Positions 7,145 through 11,508 of a stretch of 11,508 nucleotides of DNA are shown piece after piece (position 1 is the stretch's first letter; every line of letters starts with the position of its first letter). The position numbers were made by a program, and so were the translations under genes. The notes beneath the pieces were generated by a model, which saw only the letters and a list, made by a program, of their open reading frames with translations, had not been told where the DNA came from and ran no database searches. The stretch is from a virus (lineage: Duplodnaviria > Heunggongvirae > Uroviricota > Caudoviricetes): IMG/VR virus record IMGVR_UViG_2681813225_000024, positions 1 to 11,508 of that record. One strand, written 5' to 3'.

Positions 7145-7336
7145 ATGAACGGACAAATCTCAATTGTTCGACCGGGAGCATGTGACGATTGCGAGATACG
7201 AATGATTATTCGTCTGGCGATGGGGAAAACAATAACTGCTCTCATTACTCCAGAAAATCTCGCATTAGCATTAACAGGAAAGTCAGACCTGCCAGTAGAG
7301 CTAAAGCTGCGAAATGTTGAGATTAAGGTGAAATAG
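7145..7336 (+). CDS. Hypothetical small protein (63 aa)
   Basis: ORF track; starts 1 nt after the upstream stop; purine-rich RBS. Confidence 0.4.
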   Translation: MNGQISIVRPGACDDCEIRMIIRLAMGKTITALITPENLALALTGKSDLPVELKLRNVEIKVK

Positions 7337-7338
7337 CT

Positions 7339-8346
7339 ATGACCACTATTACCAAAGAGCGACTGCTGACAATCAAGCAGTGGCGCGAAACATACGGACC
7401 TGGTAGCAACGTTGTACTGCCAGCAGAAGAAGCGGAAGAACTGGCACGGATTGCACTGGCATCATTGGAAGCAGATCCAGTTAAACGAGTTAACTCAGAT
7501 CAGATGCACCGAGTCTGCTTAGAAGCTAATCGCTATTTAGATAAATATGACGCGATGGCGAAAGAGGTAAATAAGTTGCTTGGACGCATCGCCCCGCCAG
7601 CGCCAGTATTTAACGGCGAATACGGTGACGCATATCAGGGCGCTCGTGAAGACCTGTCCATCTGGAAACGGCGAGCGCTTGAAGCTGATGAGCACGTTCG
7701 GCGACTGGAGCAAATCAATGACCACATGGTGAAAGAGGCGCAGGGAGAATCACGCATGGGCGAGCCTGTAATACGTGAGCCAGCACCGGTAGTGCCTGAA
7801 GAAGCAACTCCGGAAAACGTAGAAATGCTCTCTGGCTATGTTTCAACGTACAAATTAACCGATAGCGAGCGCGATATTGCTGCCGAAATATGGAACGCCT
7901 GCCGCGCCGCCATGCTTCAGGGTAGCCAACCTGTAAGCCAAACTTACAAGTTTCCAGTTAATACACCTTGCCAGGATGCGCCAGCCCATATCTGGCTGCA
8001 AACAGCTGGAGTATGGCCAGAAGATGGCGAGTTAAGCGAATTAACGTGGTGCAGCCACAATCAGCACCATGATGACACGCTATATGTTCGAGCTGACTTG
8101 GTAAATGGCAACTCTCCGGGAACTCCGGATAGTTGGATAAGCTGTAGTGATCAAATGCCTGAAAAGGGCCAGAACGTGCTTATTTCGGTGAATTTCGATA
8201 GCTCTCTGGTTGAACCGCTAATATGCTCCGCACGCTATACCGGAAGAACCTTTCGGCGCGGAGATGCAACGATTAAGCCGGGTAATGGTATTGAGCAAGC
8301 AACTCACTGGATGCCGCTACCGGAACCGCCGCAGGAGGTGAAGTGA
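7339..8346 (+). CDS. DUF551 domain-containing phage protein (335 aa)
   Basis: ORF track; C-terminal HWMPLPEPP is characteristic of DUF551 proteins in enterobacterial prophages; AAGGTGA RBS. Confidence 0.6.
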   Translation: MTTITKERLLTIKQWRETYGPGSNVVLPAEEAEELARIALASLEADPVKRVNSDQMHRVCLEANRYLDKYDAMAKEVNKLLGRIAPPAPVFNGEYGDAYQGAREDLSIWKRRALEADEHVRRLEQINDHMVKEAQGESRMGEPVIREPAPVVPEEATPENVEMLSGYVSTYKLTDSERDIAAEIWNACRAAMLQGSQPVSQTYKFPVNTPCQDAPAHIWLQTAGVWPEDGELSELTWCSHNQHHDDTLYVRADLVNGNSPGTPDSWISCSDQMPEKGQNVLISVNFDSSLVEPLICSARYTGRTFRRGDATIKPGNGIEQATHWMPLPEPPQEVK

Positions 8347-8918
8347 TGAACAACTTAATGATCGACCTTGAGACGATGGGGAAAAATAAGGATGCACCGA
8401 TCGTTTCCATTGGCGCGGTGTTCTTCACTCCAGAAACCGGAGACATCGGACAAGAATTCTATACGGTTGTTAGCCTGGAAAGTGCTATGGGGCAAGGAGC
8501 TACACCTGACGGCGATACCATCCTGTGGTGGTTGAAACAAAGCCCTGAAGCACGAGCTGCAATCTGTATTGATGATACTTTGTCGATCAGCGATGCTCTC
8601 TCAGAACTAAATCATTTCATTAACCGGCACGCAGCCAATACGAAATATTTAAAAGTCTGGGGTAACGGGGCCACCTTCGACAACGTAATTTTACGTGGAG
8701 CTTATGAGCGAGCAGGACAAATCTGCCCGTGGGCATACTGGAATGACCACGATGTACGCACGATCGTTACGCTTGGGCGTTCCATCGGATTCGACCCCAA
8801 AATGGACATGCCTTTCGATGGCGAACGGCACAACGCCCTGGCCGATGCCCGTCATCAGGCAAAATATGTTTCCGCTATCTGGCAGAAATTAATTCCTGCC
8901 ACCAGCACAGAATTATGA
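8346..8918 (+). CDS. DnaQ-like (DEDD) 3'-5' exonuclease, phage-type (190 aa)
   Basis: ORF track 8343..8918; ATG at 8346 overlaps the upstream stop, with GGAGGTGA RBS. N-terminal MIDLETMG matches exo motif I (D-x-E); later acidic and His residues fit the DEDDh pattern. Confidence 0.65.
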   Translation: MNNLMIDLETMGKNKDAPIVSIGAVFFTPETGDIGQEFYTVVSLESAMGQGATPDGDTILWWLKQSPEARAAICIDDTLSISDALSELNHFINRHAANTKYLKVWGNGATFDNVILRGAYERAGQICPWAYWNDHDVRTIVTLGRSIGFDPKMDMPFDGERHNALADARHQAKYVSAIWQKLIPATSTEL

Positions 8919-8954
8919 TTTTCCCGGGTGCAGCCGGTTTTGATGGAGAAAATT

Positions 8955-9236
8955 ATGAACACCTTGTTTTTACTGATGGCTGAATTCAATACCCCTAACA
9001 TTGAACTCTCAGCAGTTAGCCAAAAGTACTTTGGCATGAGTCCAGCCACGGCAGAAGCAAAAGCAAACGCTTGTAAGTTGCCCGTTCCAACATATCGCAT
9101 CGGCACATCACAAAAAGCAAAACGTTGCATCAATATTCAGGATCTTGCGGAATACATAGACAAAAGACGAGAAGAAGGACGTATCGAGTGGGAACAGGTC
9201 AGAACAAGCAAACAGAAGGGCAAAGAACATCACTAA
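8955..9236 (+). CDS. PrtN/AlpA-like small DNA-binding regulator, possibly excisionase-like (93 aa from ATG 8955)
   Basis: ORF track frame 8928..9236; ATG at 8955 with GGAG 7 nt upstream. MNTLFLLMAEF...PVPTYRIGTSQKAKRCINIQDLAEYIDKRREEG resembles pyocin-activator PrtN family proteins. Last gene before the bidirectional terminator. Confidence 0.55.
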   Translation: MNTLFLLMAEFNTPNIELSAVSQKYFGMSPATAEAKANACKLPVPTYRIGTSQKAKRCINIQDLAEYIDKRREEGRIEWEQVRTSKQKGKEHH

Positions 9237-9240
9237 AGAA

Positions 9241-9264
9241 AAAACCCGCCTAAAGGCGGGTTTT
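9241..9264. terminator. Bidirectional rho-independent terminator
   Basis: AAAACCCGCC-TAAA-GGCGGGTTTT; GC stem flanked by A-run and T-run, so it works on both strands. Ends the plus-strand early operon and the convergent minus-strand small ORF. Confidence 0.8.
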
Positions 9265-9283
9265 CAAAAAGCACCAGCTATGA

Positions 9284-9457
9284 TCATGCTGCTTTGCGAC
9301 GACGAAGCTTACCCTGCTGCTCTTTACCAGAGACAGTAGCGTGAGTGAACGCATTAGGAGCAGCCTTCATCAGAACTTCAACAGCAGCACCCATACCTGC
9401 GAATGCTTTCATTGTGTCGAACTTAACCTGTGGCTTGGTTGCTTTTTGATCTTTCAT
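9284..9457 (-). CDS. Small hypothetical protein, 57 aa (MKDQKATKPQVKFDTMKAFAGMGAAVEVLMKAAPNAFTHATVSGKEQQGKLRRRKAA)
   Basis: Not in the ORF track (under 60 aa); found by manual translation. ATG at 9457..9455 with GGGAG 6 nt upstream; stop TGA at 9286..9284 just before the bidirectional terminator. Lys-rich N-terminus, hydrophobic core, basic C-terminal tail. Confidence 0.5.
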   Translation of the reverse strand: MKDQKATKPQVKFDTMKAFAGMGAAVEVLMKAAPNAFTHATVSGKEQQGKLRRRKAA

Positions 9458-9653
9458 AGAAAACTCCCGAGACAGTAAAGGCGTCTCTAACCCTTTCTTT
9501 AAAGCTAGCTTGTTTCGCTAACTTATGCCAATCGATCATGTCGATTGGTGACATCGTTTCTTAGTAGTTTAAGCACAAAACGACTGCCATAGATGTACCT
9601 TTAAGGTAATCTGGACGGGTATCCTACAATTTGTAGACCCTTCTCGTCTATAC

Positions 9654-10190
9654 CTACTGAGCAAATTTAAGAAAGATATCCTGCAGCTCATCAATGACTG
9701 CCGACATCACATAACCGCACTGTTCCATGTGGAAACCAAAAGACTCGTAATACTGCACCAGTTCTGGTACTGGCTCTACAATGTGGACAACTTTACATTC
9801 AACAGCTTTACAAAATATAAAAGCACTCATAAGAGTGAGTAAAACCATGCGCCCTTTCAATGGGTGAGATTCATCTTCTCTAGAAAACCTTTCGATCATA
9901 TGGATACGAAAGATGTTTTCTTCAACCCCATAAACACAAATTGCTGCTCCTGATGGTATTCCCTGAACCCGACCTTGCTGAACAAGTTTTATACAGAACT
10001 CATACTTTTCTCTGGAGTTGCCATAGGTACTTAACGCATAGTCCCATTCAAGCTCACCATAGCCACCACACAGAATCTTGTAATCATCATCACTGAGCGG
10101 ACCAACAGCAAGAGGTAAGCCGACATGATCAATAATCAACTGGATATTGTTACGTACTGATTGACCTATCTCGTCCAGGGTAAGCATCAT
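9654..10190 (-). CDS. Hypothetical protein (178 aa) in AT-rich cargo; weak resemblance to a GNAT-like acyltransferase fold
   Basis: ORF track; tandem ATGs at 10190 and 10187 with GAGG upstream. Loose fit to a GNAT C-terminal pattern (IHMIERF...LKGRMVLLTLMSAFIFCKA...YYESFGF) but no clear Q/R-x-x-G-x-G/A acetyl-CoA motif. Visibly more AT-rich than the phage early genes. Confidence 0.5.
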   Translation of the reverse strand: MMLTLDEIGQSVRNNIQLIIDHVGLPLAVGPLSDDDYKILCGGYGELEWDYALSTYGNSREKYEFCIKLVQQGRVQGIPSGAAICVYGVEENIFRIHMIERFSREDESHPLKGRMVLLTLMSAFIFCKAVECKVVHIVEPVPELVQYYESFGFHMEQCGYVMSAVIDELQDIFLKFAQ

Positions 10191-10219
10191 GGCCTCTCAA
10201 GCGGAACACTAAAAGTCGC

Positions 10220-10225
10220 ATTATA
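10220..10225 (-). promoter_or_regulatory. Candidate -10 hexamer (TATAAT on minus strand) for the 178-aa gene
   Basis: Plus ATTATA at 10220-10225 is TATAAT on the minus strand, about 29 nt upstream of the ATG; no convincing -35. Confidence 0.3.
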
Positions 10226-10739
10226 TCTCATTCTTAAGCCGCGTATGGATTACACCTTGAAATGAAAACGCCGGGTTCCCAATAGGCTCCCACAGAGTGT
10301 ATAACTACTTGTTTTTCAAAAACGGTACATCCTATCGAGCATTGGTGCAACGCTAAACCGACCACTCCAGTGAACGTCAGTTTTTTCAGGCATTGCGCTG
10401 GTTTGGTTGATTTTTTGCATTTCAGAATTACCGTGCATTTTCAAATGTAGAGATTATTTTATCAATATATCATGGGGTTATGTTATTCAGCTTCACTGTT
10501 CAGGAGGCTCAATAGCGGGGTACTATACCATAACAACAGGAAGCGCCTGTCTCATTGCAAAAGAAAATTGAGATCCTCTCAAGGCATGAAGCTCTCACGA
10601 AGTGATGGAAATAATCTTATTAGCCGTTAACTTTGTTAAGGCCAATGATAAACAATCCAGGTTCGACGATAAATAAAAAATCACACATTAAACTCTGGTG
10701 ATATATCTCCCTGCTAATAGCATTGATAGAGAAAAAAGA

Positions 10740-10757
10740 ACCCAATAAATATTGGGT
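10740..10757 (-). terminator. Rho-independent terminator of the 235-aa gene
   Basis: Hairpin ACCCAAT-AAAT-ATTGGGT; on the minus strand it is followed by TCTTTTTTCTC, and it lies about 45 nt downstream of the stop at 10801-10803. Confidence 0.6.
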
Positions 10758-10800
10758 CCTTTTATATAATGCCTTCCATACTATCGAAGAACTTCACATA

Positions 10801-11508
10801 TTATTTCTCCGATTTAACCCCGAACAAATCATAAATTAATTTAGAAGTGTCTGTAAGTATTTTAATCTCTTCCTTTGAGGTTGGGTCAAACGACTTCGCG
10901 AAGCTAATTAATTGTGGTGCAGCATCTCGCATTTTGCTTAAAATATCAGGATCGAGCGTTCCTTCATTCACCAGATGTGACATCTTATCCAGATAGCCAT
11001 CAAAATTCATTTCTCCCCCATCAGCCAGACGCTTCATCTCTCCCAAGTACTTCTTCATATCACGTTGAGATAATTTTTCAAACTGAGCTTTCAGGTAGCT
11101 CTCATTATTTTCATTAATATACACTGTTTCTGATAAATCTGCGTAGGCACTAGAATATGAAAGTGAAATTAACAGCGAAGCAAATAATTTTAAGCTGTTG
11201 TCATCATGTTCCTGGCAGGCATTAACAAACGTTAAAAAACCAGAACCTATTGCTTGAAAATGTATATTCGCTAAAGGTTCATTATCCTTAGATTCCTCAT
11301 AAAATAGCTGAACCGTGGAGGGAAGGCCATTCTTAGTTTCTACATCAAAAGTACATTGTTCAATGGGAGTCGCATCTTTATTATCCCCAGGATTACATAT
11401 ACTATTAATCGCGAAATGAAAAATAGCCCGGTCAACAACTGATGCAATAAAGTCACGATCGTTTAAATCCTCATCAGTGCAATCGTCAATATACTTATTG
11501 ACCCACAT
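10801..11508 (-). CDS. Hypothetical acidic protein (at least 235 aa), AT-rich, unknown function; 5' end may extend beyond the window
   Basis: ORF track; the first in-window ATG sits exactly at the window edge (11508..11506), so the true start is uncertain. Long uninterrupted frame with coherent protein-like composition despite low GC; own terminator downstream. Confidence 0.5.
   Translation of the reverse strand: MWVNKYIDDCTDEDLNDRDFIASVVDRAIFHFAINSICNPGDNKDATPIEQCTFDVETKNGLPSTVQLFYEESKDNEPLANIHFQAIGSGFLTFVNACQEHDDNSLKLFASLLISLSYSSAYADLSETVYINENNESYLKAQFEKLSQRDMKKYLGEMKRLADGGEMNFDGYLDKMSHLVNEGTLDPDILSKMRDAAPQLISFAKSFDPTSKEEIKILTDTSKLIYDLFGVKSEK

Noticed and set aside
3789-9133. Assorted antisense or overlapping ORFs from the six-frame track (3789..4157 -, 4695..4886 +, 4786..5031 -, 4932..5114 +, 5537..5722 -, 5620..5883 +, 5773..6045 -, 6118..6354 -, 6338..6532 -, 6705..6917 -, 6994..7245 -, 7537..7725 -, 8355..8540 -, 8695..8892 +, 8855..9133 -)
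   Set aside because: Each lies inside and opposite to, or out of frame with, a better-supported gene of the coupled plus-strand operon and lacks its own translation signals.
10661-10672. Possible tRNA T-arm-like sequence (ggttcgacg) as a hint of a tRNA or att site
   Set aside because: No surrounding acceptor, D or anticodon arm complementarity; no tRNA gene or clear attachment-site repeat could be supported anywhere in the window.
10914-11117. Plus-strand 67-aa ORF inside the 235-aa gene
   Set aside because: Antisense to a long coherent minus-strand ORF; Ser/Pro/His-rich low-complexity translation.
1-11508. Insertion sequences, transposases or integrase
   Set aside because: No ORF shows transposase or integrase hallmarks and no terminal inverted repeats flanking a candidate element were seen; the integrase presumably lies outside this window.

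Overview
This window reads as the immunity and early region of a lambdoid (E. coli CPS-53/KpLE1-like) enterobacterial prophage, followed at the right end by AT-rich cargo of unknown function. Leftward (minus strand) runs a PR-like operon: Cro/YdaS-like HTH, CII/YdaT-like protein, three hypothetical proteins, and an HTH-containing replication initiator that runs off the window at position 1. Rightward (plus strand) runs a CI/LexA-like repressor, a terminator, a PL-like promoter with a 17-bp operator, a ~600-nt structured untranslated leader, then a coupled early-left operon (YfdP/YfdQ/YfdR/YfdS-like, small ORFs, Ea22-like, DUF551, DnaQ-like exonuclease, PrtN/AlpA-like regulator) ending in a bidirectional terminator at 9241-9264. 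Beyond that terminator the sequence becomes visibly AT-rich and carries three minus-strand ORFs (57, 178 and 235 aa) that I cannot assign to any known family; this is the best candidate for an undescribed accessory or defence module, but the sequence alone does not establish a function. No rRNA, tRNA, CRISPR array or transposase was seen. All family assignments are from motif recognition by eye, not from database searches.
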